Assembly (NCBI GenBank): GCA_000320545.1
Contig: ADNK01000512.1
Span: forward strand, 62,001-126,000
DNA length: 64,000 nucleotides
Direction of reading: 5' to 3'
DNA from: Bigelowiella natans CCMP2755
Taxonomy: Eukaryota > Protista > Cercozoa
Positions 1-18,893 of the stretch are shown here, one piece after another. The notes beneath the pieces were generated by a model that was not told the origin of the DNA, made no database searches, and saw only the letters and a program-made list of their open reading frames with translations. A program made the translations under genes and the position numbers. Numbering within the stretch: the first letter of the stretch is position 1; every line of letters begins with the position of its first letter.

Positions 1-167
1 GGTACCAGCCTCGATTCCAGGAGAGCATGCTGGTCCTTTTTCCCAGCCGGAAACATCCATGAATTTATTTCTTCTTCCTTCTCGTCTTATCCACGGTACC
101 CTCCACAAGAAGTACGAGCATAGAACATGATTTAGTCTCGAATTACTACGAGATCTATCTAATTGCG

Positions 168-1003
168 ATGGAGGACAGAAACGACTCTCCGCTCCCTCCG
201 AGCGAACGAACGAACGAACAAACGAACACGAGACTGCTCGCTGATCCGGCACTGGAAGGATGGACCTATCTCCAGAGGTGGATATAAAGCTTCACCGGGC
301 CAATTATGCACCAACCAAAGACTTTACCATGAGAGCGTGTCAGCAGGGGCAGCAGCGTTCTTGTGATTCCTCGTTCCTTCTGCCATGTTCGCCAGCAGCT
401 CGCTGGTTAATAGGAATAAAGGGACAGAATGCTCTTAACTTTGGAGTAACAATTAAAACCCTACTATGTTCAGAGCGGATATCTCGTGCCAGGAGAAGCC
501 GAGCGATCAACTCGATGTCTAGGGTGTAGGCAGTTCTCGGCGCTCGTGGGCAAAAATTGTGAGTAGTACTGCTGTTGGGCAAAACTCATTCCATGCATGA
601 TGGATCGCTTTACTCATCCTACAAAGTCCACCAAACAGTCCTCCTCTTATTTTAACGAATAGGTTACTCATCAAGTATCTCTCTCTTTCTCTCTCCCCTT
701 CCTCTTCTCAATTGTTTCTAAATAGTTCGCCTCAAGAGACGTAGTTGGTGCCAAACATTAGCTGAGGTAGCCATTACAACACACTAAAATCCATAATAGG
801 GGGAAAATGTTAAAACAACGAGTGCTAGCATTGCGACAACATCTTGTTAGACTGATGATGTTTAAATGGTTGATTGTGAAGCTCATAAGCCCCGTGGCGA
901 TCGCTGGACTATTTGTCCTTGGTTTTTCGCTTTCCTCGGTAGTACTGACCTAACTACTTTTACTGACTTATTCTATATTTCATGTAATGAATGACCACCT
1001 CTA

Positions 1004-1053
<50 letters not shown>

Positions 1054-2089
1054 ATAAAAAGAAATTTAGATGTTCATATGAATGAATATACATATACATA
1101 TGGATTTGATGGAATACATTATAGGAGACGACTACACATCCTACTCTCTACGCGAACGCTACAGGACCAGTATGTCCCTATCCGTATACTTGCCAGATTA
1201 AGGCTCTTTTTAGCGATGAACATCGTTTTATCAAACACCATGCGGGATCGCCGGAACGTGTTTGTTGGCTTGCTTATGTTCCCGTCATCTTCACGCTCAT
1301 TTTCCTTCGTACCTGTTCCTCAGTTGACAAACCTCGCAAGGGCGATCAAGCCAACGCTGGTGATTGTTTCGACTACTATATTTTTGCTTCGCTTTGCTTT
1401 CTGGGCATATACTACTTATGGGTAGCAGGCAGCCATAGAGAGTGAATGGCCTGGTATTTCCTCCTCGCTGAGGAGCCATATTTGTGCCGCTGGGGCAAGT
1501 GTATCTTGTCGAAGTTCCCACATTGATGTAACAATGCTATGGCTTGCATATGATACAGGTGATCCCGACGAATGATTCCTGCTGCATCTGTCTGGTAACC
1601 GATGATGATGGAAATATTGTCCTTTCGTTTTTCTAAGTTATGGACAGGAGAGATTGTACTTCCGATTTATGATTCTTTTCCTACTCTCTTCCTCGTCTCT
1701 GCCCGCCTAAAGTGCTTTTCGCTTCGATGTGCAGCCCCCGTATCCGTATTGTATAGACAAGGCTAAGGCGGAGTACCACCAGAAGGAAATCCGTAAGCAT
1801 TTGGAGAATATAGCATGAAACACACGCAATGCAAAAAATATGAGTATCAGCACGTAGGCTGGTGTTATATAGTTCCGAGAAATTTCGATGAATTTGTGGC
1901 CAAAGCCATCATTCTTTTCTTACTCTTTGGTGCTACTACCATTCACCTTCCTACCTTTGCATATGTCAGAGGCTGCTGCAGAGGATCTAACAACGGGCTA
2001 CTATGGTCCGCTGCCGATACCGAATCTAAATGAGTTTTTTCAAGCAAGTGCAGTTGCGCAGGTTGGTTGTCCTCTCGGTTGAGATAATG

Positions 2090-2126
<37 letters not shown>

Positions 2127-3175
2127 TTTCTGTCCTTCTGGTTCCGGAGGAAGTTTCAATTTGAGTGTTTGGTATTCAGCGCAGCCGAGATGATAATAAT
2201 AATAATAATAATTATCATCATCATCACCGTCGCAACCATGATCTTTTGGCACTTCTTAGATGATGGATATTGATATCCCAGAAGTCTTCAACTTAGTGCA
2301 TATGGGTGATTACAGTAGTTATTTCACTACGACATTGTCTAGCCGTAGTATTTGTATTAGTAGTAGTAGTAGTAGTTGGTAGTAGTAGTGGTAGTAGTAA
2401 CATGAGGAGTAGAAGCGGTGGTAGCGGTTGATTTCACCCTCCTGTCCCCTATCCCAACAAACCTCGAATGGGTTCATCTCTCTAGCCACCGCTCGTTTGT
2501 ACACAAATATAGCTTCTCTCCAATCATTCTTTGTTCTCTTAATCATCATGCACAGGCAGAATAGCTTTCGCACCGGATACGCAGGAGGTAATGATAATAT
2601 TCTCTCCACGCTCTTTTTTGAAGGAAGCTAATCGAGGGACACTCTCTGTATTTTTCGAACAGGTGCGGGATCTGTACGAGAGGCTGCGGTACACGTGGTA
2701 TGGAACCTTCGATGCGGTATGCAAACGCTAGTGCACAACCTTGTGTTTTTCTCTGGCAGCGTTGGTGGTGGTGGCGGTGGGGGTGGTAGTTCAATCGCCC
2801 TTTCATCATCTTTTTATCATCATAACAGCTCGATGCAAAGATATATGAGACCGCTGATGATGCAGGTTTGCAGTATCTCGTTGTTTTGTTCTTGCTCAAT
2901 TTCTCATGGTGTTCCTGGTTGTGCGCTTATTTATCAGTCAACGCAGCCTTACAAACGACGAACAAAGACGACCAGTTCTGGGCGGTGCTGGTAGTATTTG
3001 CTGTTGATATTTCTAACGATAGTGGTGGTGACCCACCCTCTACCCTTCACTCGTGTCTATGAGTAAGCTAGTGATGCTCGTGGATAAACGATATATAATA
3101 CGAAAATAATATATTACAACTATTCCAACAACAACAACAACAACAACAGGTTTTTAATCGCTACAATGTGGGGGG

Positions 3176-3213
<38 letters not shown>

Positions 3214-6200
3214 TCTCACGGACAGAAGTGGACATATCCATCCGGATGAACTACACGACGATCCCATCGACGAAGAATAAGGTCGAAAAATGGGTGCTGG
3301 GGATAAGTGACGTGTACCTCCGCTACTATCTCTCTGGTTTCCTTACCCTACAGCACATGATTGAGCACGATATGCGATGTCTCGCCCGCGGCGGATATAT
3401 CTGCTCCGCTAATCTTGACGACACGGGGGTAGCGGTGCCATTCCCCACTCCAGAGATTGACTCTAATGAGTTCTATGCGAGGGTGGGTGCGCTCATGGGG
3501 CTGGTTCTGTGCTTGGGCACGCTGTTTCCGGTGTCCAGGCTGATCAAAGTGCTTGTTGAGGAGAAGGAGACAAGGACGCGGGAGATGATGCGAATCATGG
3601 GCGTCACAGTCTCCGCACTGAATGCTGCTAACTTGTGCACCGCGCTAGTCTTCTTCAGCATCATCGCGGCAGGGATGACGACAATCCTGTGCATAGCCTC
3701 GGGCGTGATCGCCCGGTCTGCTCCCTCCCTCATCTTCATTCTGTTCGAGCTGACGCTGGTGTCGCTGGTGTGCCTGAGCTTCTTCATCGCTGCGATCTTC
3801 GACAGGGCCAAGTTGGCTGGAATCGTAGGCCCAATTGCGGTATTTATCACTGTCATCCCACGTTATGCGATCTTCTCCTCGGACATTGACGAGCGCGGCA
3901 CCGAGAAGGCCTTTGTGTCGCTGCTGTCCCCATCTGCGTTTGCCTTTGCCATGGACCAGGTGATGCAGTACGAAGGAGTGAACAGAGGCGTCGGCTGGGG
4001 AGACATCGACGAGCATGCCTTGCCTATTTCACGGATCATCGGGCTACTGATATTTGACTCGGTGCTTTATCTATCACTCGCATTCTACGTGCAAATGGTC
4101 ATCCCAAGCCAGTATGGTGTGAGGAGGTCCCTATGTTTTTGTTGCCTCCCCTCCTTCTGGTGCCGTAGCAGGAAGAGAGAAGCTGCACTGAGAGATTCGG
4201 ATAGTGGGGGCAATAGCGTCGCCGAGGGCAAGATGACAAAGTATGAGGATGATGACAGCAAGGAAGGGCCTCACACAACCACCACCACCACCATCAACAC
4301 CAGCCTATTTACCACACCGTCCATCAACGACGACGGGTACATTAGAATTGAATCACCACCCTCAGCGACTACGATTGGGGCAGAAGAATCGTCGATGTGT
4401 GGATACCTCTTCAGGAAGCTTTCCCAATTATTCTACTGCTGCTGCAGCAGTCGAGGCAATGCTGCCGAAGTCGACGAATTGGCAGCTGCTGCAGCACCCC
4501 CTGTGGTCCAGACGAACATGTGTGGGAACGAGGAAAAGCTGGTCGAGATCAAGAAGCTCAGGAAGACGTACGACAACGGCGTGAGGGCAGTGCGTGGGCT
4601 GAATCTGGACATTTTTGAGGAGGAGATTACAGTGCTCCTCGGCCATAATGGCGCGGGTAAATCGACTACTGTCAGCATCCTAACAGGGCTCATCCCCAGC
4701 ACCAGCGGCAGTGCCATCTACTACGACCACCATCACGACAGCCCTCGCGTCTATTCTGTAAACTCTGAACTCTCTCAAATTCGCACACACATCGGTCTTG
4801 GAATCTGTCCCCAGCACTCTGTGCTGTTCGACCGGTTAACATGCTACGAGCACGTTGCCCTATACGCGGCACTCAAAGGCGTTCGGCCCTCCTCCGCCAT
4901 CGACTCTGCGGCGCGTCGTCTGCTGCAGCTGGTGGGGCTGCGGTCGAAGATAGACGCACAGGCGGGCGGCCTGAGCGGTGGGATGAAGCGCAAGCTCTCC
5001 GTGGCCATTGCCATTGTTGGTGGTCCTCGGGTGCTGTTTCTCGATGAGCCTACCAGCGGCATGGATCCAAAAGCACGGAGGGATATGTGGAATCTCTTCC
5101 GAAGCATCCGTCGTGGAAGGCGCGGCGTGGTTCTGACGACACACTTCATGGACGAGGCAGATATTCTGGGCGACAGGATCGCCATCATGACTCAGGGCCG
5201 GCTGCAGTGCTATGGCTCCTCGCTCTTCCTCAAGAAGTGCTTTGGCACTGGGTACAATCTGACCTTCTCCATGACGAAGAGGAAGAGGAAGAAGAGAAGG
5301 AATGGGGATCGTGGTGATGATGATGACGGTGACGACGAAAGTCCTGAGCACGGTAGGGAGACCCTGCAGAGGGTGATTACGAGCTTTGTCCCCGACGCTG
5401 AAGTTGTGAATATGGCCGCCGGAGAGATGCGATTTCTGCTTCCATTCTCCAGAGTGAGAAAATTTGCTGCGCTCGTGTCGCACCTGGAGGCGAACAAAGA
5501 TAGCCTGCCGTTTGAGTCTTACGGAATGTCAATGACGAAGCTGGAGGAAGTGTTCATGAAGCTCGCCTCCGGCCATGAGGCGCACCATTTGCAGCATCCG
5601 CACCAGCAGCAGCACCAGCAGCGGCAACAGCGTGGTCGGATCGCTGGCGATAGTGCAAGAACTCAGGATAAGGAGGAGCATATCAATGATGATAACGACG
5701 AGAAGAATAAGCCTGTAATAACAACAACAACAACAAAGTCGGGTATTGACCAGCTGCTTGGAGGAGTCAGTGTTTGTAGCAGCAATGAGGATGCTGCTGG
5801 AAATGATAAAGATTATGACGACGACAGCAAAGTGATGATAGGAACATATGCGCAGACAGAGACTCTTCCAGGGCAACAAAAAGAAGAGAAGAAGAAGAAG
5901 AAGAAGAAGGAAACGAGCTGGTGCAAAGAACAGGAAATGTTACTTCCTTACGCAGCGGGGGGGGCGGGGTCGTCTTCGTCGCCCTCGTCATCATCCGGCC
6001 TCTTCCTCTTCGTGCAGATATGGGAGCTTCTACGGAAACGTGCGCTGTGTGCAGTGCGAGACTGGAAGGGGCGATTCTTCGAGGTGGTGCTGCCGGTACT
6101 CGTCGTAGCCTTGACGCTGCTCATCCTAAGGCTGAATATCAACCCAGCGGGCCCAGCGCTATTACTCTCCCCTTCCATGTACTACAACGTTCAGCCCGGA

Positions 6201-9200
6201 AAGGCATCGACAACCTACCTCTCCAGAAACCTGATTAGCCCGGAGTTCTCAGCGGCCCTTTCACGCCTCTCCCCACTGATCGAGTACAGGGACTCGGGGC
6301 TGAACACATCGCTAGAGATTTCTGTGGATCTCCTCACCGGATACTACCAGCATGGCGACGAGACAAGGTTCGCAGGCTACGTCGCCAACGACACCTTCAT
6401 CTTCGAGACGCCCGGTCTTGAACCCTACCTGCCGGGCTACTGGGATATATCCTCGAGGGAAGGGCTCACAATCATGCATAATTCCACCTACTTCCACGCC
6501 ATCCCGGCGATGATGGCCGAGGCGACAAATGTGTTTCTTGCGCAGCAAGTATCATCACCATCGTCATCCTCATCATCATCCTCTTCTTCTTCTTCCTCTT
6601 CGATGCCTTCTGTGTCGTACAAGCTGTCAAGTCACCCACTGCCGCTAACGGAGGAAGAGCGGCTGATCATCTCCTTGTTCCTCTCGCTGTTCGCAGCGCT
6701 ATTCGTCCTCATTCCGTTCTGCTACATCCCAGCGTCCTTTGTCTCCTTCCTCGTGAGGGAGAAGAGGTCCAAGGCCTTGCAGATGCAGCAGCTGGCTGGT
6801 GTCGGCCCAATCGCCTACTGGGTATCAAACTATGTATGGGACCTCTGCAACTACCTCGTCATCACAGCGTGTGTCATGGTGGTGTTTGTTGGTTACGGGG
6901 ACGCGGAATTCGCGGGTACTTCAGGCGCGCGACTGGCGACTTTCCTCCTGATCGCGCTATATGGCGTCTCCGCCATCCCCCTCGCCTACGCGTACTCCTT
7001 TCTGTTTGACAACCCCACGGCCGCACAGGTTGGCATCTCTGGTCTGAACTTCCTCTTCGGATTCGCCCTGGTAATCGCGTCGTTCGTGTTGGACGCTGTG
7101 GAGCAAACGGAGCAAGCCAACGCTGCCCTCAAGCCGTACTACCGAGTATTTCCCCCCTTCAACCTCGGGGAGGGCCTCATTAACCTCACAGCTCTCCGGT
7201 GGAAAAACCAGCTGGGGGGGGGGCATCTTTCGCCGTTGGACTGGGGTGTGAGCGGCCGCAACCTAGTGTATATGGCATTCGAGGCCCTGGCATTTCTGCT
7301 GCTTGTCCTTTTAATAGACGCGCGTCGCAGATTTCCCTGTGTTCGCTGGCTGCAGCAGCTCCTCAATCAGCGTACGGTGTCTAGGCCAGAGGTGATACAG
7401 AAGCTGAATGAGACGAGGGAGGGACTCGATGATGACGTTTGTGCGGAGAGGAAGGCTGTGCTGGCGAGCTATGGACATTTTCATGAGGAGGAGGAGGAGG
7501 AGGAGGAAGAGAAAGCAGGGAAAGAAGGTGATAATGAGGGGATAAGAGAGAGAAGGATGAGACAAAGAGGCGACCCATTCGTCGTATTGCATGATGTTAC
7601 CAAGGTCTACCCGGCACCTTCATCTTCATCGTCGTCTCCATCATATTGTGCATCCGCTCGAAGTATGTTGCGCTTCATCGCACGCCACTGCTGCTGCTGC
7701 TGCTGTCGTATCTCTTCGCCAGCAGCAGCAGCAGCAGCAGCAGCGAATAATCCCACCGTGGCAGTTCGAGAGAGCTGTCTTCGCATATACCCGGGTGCAT
7801 GCTTCGGTCTCCTTGGGATCAATGGCGCTGGTAAGTCCACCACGCTAAAGATGCTGACAGGTGACACTTTGCCTACCAAGGGCGATGCGTGGGTGCTTGG
7901 ACGCTCGGTGGTAGATGAATTTCCGTCGGTGCGACATCGGATAGGCCTCTGCCCGCAGACAGATCCGATCTTCCCGCGAATGACAGGTGGTGAGCACCTG
8001 CGCTTCTACGCAAGGCTACGCGGTGTACCCAGTGGCCAGACTTCTCAGCTTGTGGACACCATTATTAATTTTGTCGGGCTCACGCAGTACGTTATTTGCA
8101 GCTTATGATGCCGCTGCTCTTCTGCAATGTGCTACTATGCTGATGATGCTACGTGAGAAAGATGATAATGACGATGATGATGAATAGATGATGTTGATGA
8201 TAAAGGTAATGATGATGATGATGATGATGATGATGACGATAGTAGTTTGTGGCATTCATGCCGACGACATAATAAGAAAAGGGAAAACTCTATAATTATA
8301 AAGATAAGTCTAAGTAGCTGTATCTATGATACATGTACTGATCTGAGTGATAATCTACCCCCCCCCCTCCCCCCCAAATGCGGGTACAAAATAAAAGATA
8401 TCGTGACAAAGCTGCAGGTGGCTACTCTGGCGGAAACAAGCGAAAGCTTTCTCTGGGCATCGCGCTGGTTGGAGATCCGCCGGTAATCTTTCTCGACGAG
8501 CCTTCCTCGGGGATGGACCCCGTAGCGAAGCGCAGCATGTGGAACATTCTAGAGAAAGTAGCACGGGGAGGGGCATGCATGGTGCTCACGACGCACAGCT
8601 TAGAGGAGTGCGAGGCGCTCTGCGACAGAGTAGGCGTGATGGTGTCCGGCAGTTTCACATGCCTCGGCAGCATCCAGCACATTCGCAGCAGGTTCGGTGA
8701 GGGGTATGAGCTCGAGATGCAAGTGGTGCCGAGCACAACAGCAGCGGCAGCCGCAGCACCAACTAGGATGGCAGCTGCTGCAGCGACAACTGTGAGAAAC
8801 AGGGATGCTCGTAAAGACGGCAGTACGATGGCACAGTCATTGGGAAGCGGCGGCCAGCAACACCTGGATCGTTCAGTCGATATCAAGACGACATTGCTCG
8901 CAGCCGATAATGATGACGAAGTCGTCGTCGTCGACGACGGAAATGCCGAGCTTGTGAACGGCAATAGTAATCCTGATAATAATAATCATCATCCTCAAAT
9001 AATACCTCGTGCACAACTGCAGCTGATTCTGACAATGATTACACGCTTGGTACCGCGTGCTCACGTAATTGAGGAGCACGGTTACAGCCTTAAGATCATG
9101 CTGCCAGGGCTAGGAAAGGAAGGAGGAGCAGGAGGTGGAGAAGAGGTAAAGAAGAATCAATACCATGAATATGATGAAGAGAAGAGAAGAAAAGGAGAAC

Positions 9201-9382
9201 ACGCTACAGGCAACGGCATTGTTAGCCTCGGCGACGTCTTTGAAGCCATTGAGCGCGAGAAGGAAGCACTTGGAATCGACTATTACAGCGTTACTCAGGC
9301 CACTCTCGAGCAGGTATTCCTTAGGATGGCCCGCAAGGGTGAGAACGAGCGTGGCAACGAAGAGGAGACCGATGATGCATGA
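168..9382 (+). CDS. ABCA: ABC transporter subfamily A, full-size (2 TMD + 2 NBD), multi-exon
   Basis: Spliced 5' exons give the ABCA N-terminal motif [39 protein letters not shown] (about 500-938). Later exons give IAFAPDT and FWAVLVF. The large exon (about 3150-8086) has Walker [31 protein letters not shown] and a second Walker [10 protein letters not shown]. Intron 8087-8397 is followed by [28 protein letters not shown] and TGA at 9380-9382. The ATG at 168 and the small ectodomain exons are uncertain. Confidence 0.95.
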
Positions 9383-10277
9383 ATGAATAGATTTCAGCGA
9401 GTAATGGACTCGTGTGGGAAAATGTGTAGAAATGAAACTCAAAAGAACTGTTAACTAGCAAAAGTTAAGCAATGCTAGAGCTCCTGCTAGAACGATGTGA
9501 ATACGCGTGCGACCTTTTGGCACAAGCAATGCTGTGCAAACATTTTGTCATTGGCAATCATGACAGCCAATTGTTTTGGTGTTGCCCTTAATTAGTCCGG
9601 CACCAGGCTAGCAGGTGCGACCTCTAGCTAAACAAGCTAGCAAGCCTATCGAAAATTGTAAAGAATTACATGCGCTGATCTTTAAGTGCACATGGTCATC
9701 TACTTGTTTTGTTTCGTCTGACTTGATGTGTTGTTATTGTTGTTGTCAATGCTGTGACAATCAACATGCGGAATTTTGAACGCCTATCTAGTAGCCAAGA
9801 GCAATGCTTTCTCATTTCACATCTAAACACATTGTGCACCCGTCTAGCCATGCTGCGTAGCCATTTGATCCATTTTGTTTCAACTTTGTCATACAAGAGC
9901 TGATCGTAGATGATGATGTCGCATGACAACTCGCGCGCATGCTGTCTAGCTGTGCTAGTCGCATAACTGGCAACGGATGTTGGGCAATGGTGGTAGTAGC
10001 TAGTAGTAGTAGTAGCAGTAGTAAGTAGTAGTAGTTGCAGTAGCTACAACGATAGCAAAAAATAGGTACACTCAATAATCGTTATAATGATATTTATTAT
10101 CAGTCACTGTATCACCAGTATGAGCACTACGACGATCTTCTCTGTGATCCTCACTGACCCTTTGGAGAAATAGTCTAAGAGTTTCACTGTTAGCTGTGTC
10201 ATCAGCCGTCCCTGGACTAATGGTCTAATGGTAGTCAGACGCCTCTTGCGAGTGTCGCACTACTGCTATTATAATTG

Positions 10278-15477
<5,200 letters not shown>

Positions 15478-16301
15478 CGAAGCCCGTTTCTCCCCGCTAT
15501 CTGTAGACATAAGCCATAACTTGGTTAAGTTCAAGCTACCAGCTACACATAGTCTAATGCAAACAATACGCAGACCAAGAACACCACCGCATTGCACGAA
15601 ATGACGATTACTAATACTTCACGAGCTCGACGTGGATGCAATGTCGCTCTAGTTGCGCATAAGCGAAACAGTGTGCATGATGAACCGATTTTGGAAATAA
15701 AATTTTCCAGCTATTAAAAGCAAGCATCCCCTAACGCTGCTTAGCTTGAATTTGAACCTTGGATCCTACGAAGGATAAAGTGATGCGGTGCTGAAATGTG
15801 TGCGCTCTTGGGCCACGCTCCGCTACGAATTAGATTTGAAGGAACGACAACGAATATATGATGTCGCAGTAGTAAAATGCAGAATAAATCGCATGATATC
15901 TATCGCGTCCACAGCTTCAAGAGCTGTATTTCAGAAAGAAAATGAGATATTTCGGATATATTATTATCACGAATAAATTATAAAACAATACTACGACAAC
16001 TAAATTTAGCTTGAGTTAGAACATTTATAGAATTCCATCGATGATCATGTTGATCAATTAGGTTGCCTGCCATGGGTTGTCGTAGGGCATTGAGTCCACA
16101 GCCAATGCGAGAGCAGAACGGAGACTCTTTCTGGACAAAATCCATGTGAAATTACGATGTTCCTTAAAATTCCCTCTAAATAGTAGATATCGGCCATTTT
16201 CTACTTTAGTCATCTCGATGATCACCATTTATCATGGAATATGAAGAGTTTTTCCTCAAACCATACCGAAGCAAAGCTGAATTCATTTGCGCCTAACCTT
16301 G

Positions 16302-17554
16302 ATGTCTGGGGCCAACTACTCCCTCACCACTTTCTCCCCATCTGGCTCCCTGCTCCAGATCGACTATGCCCTCGAGGCTGTCGGACAGGGAAGGACGTCT
16401 TTAGGAATCAAAGGTGATTTGATGTTCTTAAGCTTCCTGTATAGATTCGATACGTTTAGAGGTCTATGAATAAGAAGTTGCGCATTTTGCGCAAAAGGAA
16501 GGATTTTCTCTTTTGTTCCCATTTTACAAGTTGTATTCATATTTCCTGCCCAGCGTTTCACACCAAGTTCATCTACATCTTTATTTATGTATTCTCCTTG
16601 AAGATTATTTTTTCGAACGTATAAAATAACCTCAAAGCTATTTTTTATTAACCCCATCTGCACTATTTCCCCTCTTGCTTTGACACATTGCAATACAGTG
16701 AAGGAAGGCGTAGTTATTGCTACAGAAAAGATGACTCCTTCAGTTCTCGTTGATCAAAAGTCTAGGACGAAAATTGCCAGCCTATCGTGAGTAGCAATAC
16801 AGTTCTAACACCAAAATCTCTCCTCCTAAGAAAATTCTTAATCGTCATTGATTCAAAGGTCGAATTGCGGGCTTGTGTACTCGGGAATGGGTCCAGATTA
16901 TCGTGTCTTACTACGAAAGGGAAGAAAAATTGCTCAAGAGTACTACATGACATACAAGGACGAGATTCCCGTGTCGCAGATTGTGCGTGAGATGGCCTCT
17001 GTAATGCAGGAATTCACGCAATCAGGGTATTAGAACGCAGCCAGCTTACGATACTCAATACCGTCATATTAAAAATAATCTCCTCTTGTTGTTGCGATTT
17101 TTATCAGTGGTGTTAGGCCTTTTGGGGTATCCCTCCTTATCGCTGGTATCGACGATGAGGGCCCGCAGTTATACCAGGTATTGCAAAAGATCCTATGAAC
17201 ACGATGATACAAGCTATATTGATCTGATGACTTCGCATAGAATCTTCAGGGTATAATTTGTTTGATTTTTTTCTTGAATAGGTTGATCCTTCTGGTTCAT
17301 ACTTTGCATGGAAAGCCTCGGCAATAGGAAAGCACAGTATCAGCGCCAAGACGTTCTTAGAAAAACGATATTTTGCTCATAAAGATATGGGCCTAGAGGA
17401 CGCTGTGCATACTGCTATTCTTACCTTGAAGGAGAACTTTGAAGGAGCAATCACAAATGAGAATATCGAAATTGGAATTATCTCCTTGAAAGACAAAACC
17501 TTCAAAACGAAGAGCAAGGAGGAAATTTCAGATCTTCTTAAAGAAGTGGAGTAG
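16302..17554 (+). CDS. PSMA2: 20S proteasome subunit alpha type 2
   Basis: Five exons: [27 protein letters not shown]; GVVIATEK; [20 protein letters not shown]...VMQEFTQSG; [13 protein letters not shown]; [17 protein letters not shown]...KTFLEKRY...[21 protein letters not shown] at 17552-17554. Confidence 0.97.
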
Positions 17555-18186
17555 ATACACACAGAACTCATTTCATTTTTTCTGGTGGTTGAGGTGAAAA
17601 TTATGCATGTATGAACGAAACATAAATATAATTGGTAGTAATTCACTCATTTCGAGCAGATAATGCAATCAGATGCACGATGAACCCACACCAGATAGGA
17701 CCATATGTGTAGGTGCAGATTCATGAATTTCACATTGCTGAGACCTCGTGTGGGAGATTACAAGTAGACGTAGCTATTGACATGATCTGTTACATAGAAT
17801 CGGACGAAGCGAGACGGTCGATATATAGCTAGACAGCCCTACTAGCCTACCTAGCTAGAGCCTGCACAACCACGTGCAGCGTCTAAACTTAAAAAGATAC
17901 ATAGCCTCATCTAGCGCGCCTATTTTATTTGTCCATGGCGATCAGCATTGCAAGCTAAAATAAATAGGCTTACACTTGACTTATTATATGCATGTTGAGC
18001 ATATAGCGTTCTAGCGTTGTCGCTCTAGTTAAGTGAACAAGCACGCTATATGTGTGTCACGAGCTCGTAGCACGCATCGCATGTTTCTAGATTGCAACTA
18101 GCTTTGCTAGCTTGTCACAAGCTAGCAAGCATGCAAGCTACAGCAAGATGCAGCCTGCATCCACGGATCTCCATGGATCGATCTCT

Positions 18187-18599
18187 CACAAGTCCGTCAA
18201 ACCTGTAACGAATCGCCAGAATGTGCATTTGGAAGCTTTTGCGCGCGACCAAGCGCGTCATGTGATGCAATGGACATTGGATTTGCTCGCATTTCTAGAT
18301 TTCTTTGAAATTTTTCGTGCATATCACATTTGGTCAAACGCACAAGCAAAAGCATTCAAAATGTGGCAGAGAACAAACGCGCAGCGTGCATCCGCTACAC
18401 AACGGGTGTGAATTTTCACACTTTGAGGCCTTGAAAATGGACATTTTGGTCAACATTTCGGTCATTTTTTCAGGTTTGGCCATCGGACAAGTTCTGATGA
18501 CTTTTCTTTGACTAACTGCAACTGCCTGCTGCTTCAAAGCGCGTCGCAAAGCGCTGCACTGTTCACAACCCCGTCGTTACCGGGTTTGACGGACTTGTG
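18187..18599. mobile_element. 413-bp non-autonomous DNA transposon (MITE) with CAC...GTG termini
   Basis: A perfect 17-bp terminal inverted repeat cacaagtccgtcaaacc / ggtttgacggacttgtg extends imperfectly (gtaacga). Both ends are flanked by 'ct', a candidate 2-bp TSD. There is no credible ORF. Confidence 0.85.
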
Positions 18600-18755
18600 C
18601 TAGATGAGTAACAACTTATTAGTAGTCTACGCCATCTTATTTCATTGTCTAAATTGTGCTATGCAAGATTCAGATTGTCTAGCTAGCTAGCTAGCTAGTT
18701 GTGGTCACACAACAGACATACGATACACATGTACATATATACATACTACATGTAC

Positions 18756-18893
18756 AGCTACATCAGGATGACCATTGAAAAAATTTAATTCTTCATTACA
18801 TCCGTCTCATACATACTACATGCTAGCATGTATGTATGACGGATGTAATGAAATGTTTGAATTTTTTCAATGCATGGTCATCCCAATGTAGCT
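18756..18893. repeat. Imperfect foldback (hairpin) element of about 140 bp
   Basis: The left arm agctacatcaggatgaccattgaaaaaattt...cattacatccgtc pairs with the right arm gacggatgtaatg...aattttttcaatg...ggtcatcc...atgtagct. Confidence 0.8.

Noticed and set aside
850-1575. A separate small gene ending at a TGA near 1575
   Set aside because: The upstream exons carry the ABCA N-terminal KN..LKRR...E...P motif, so these exons belong to the ABCA ectodomain.
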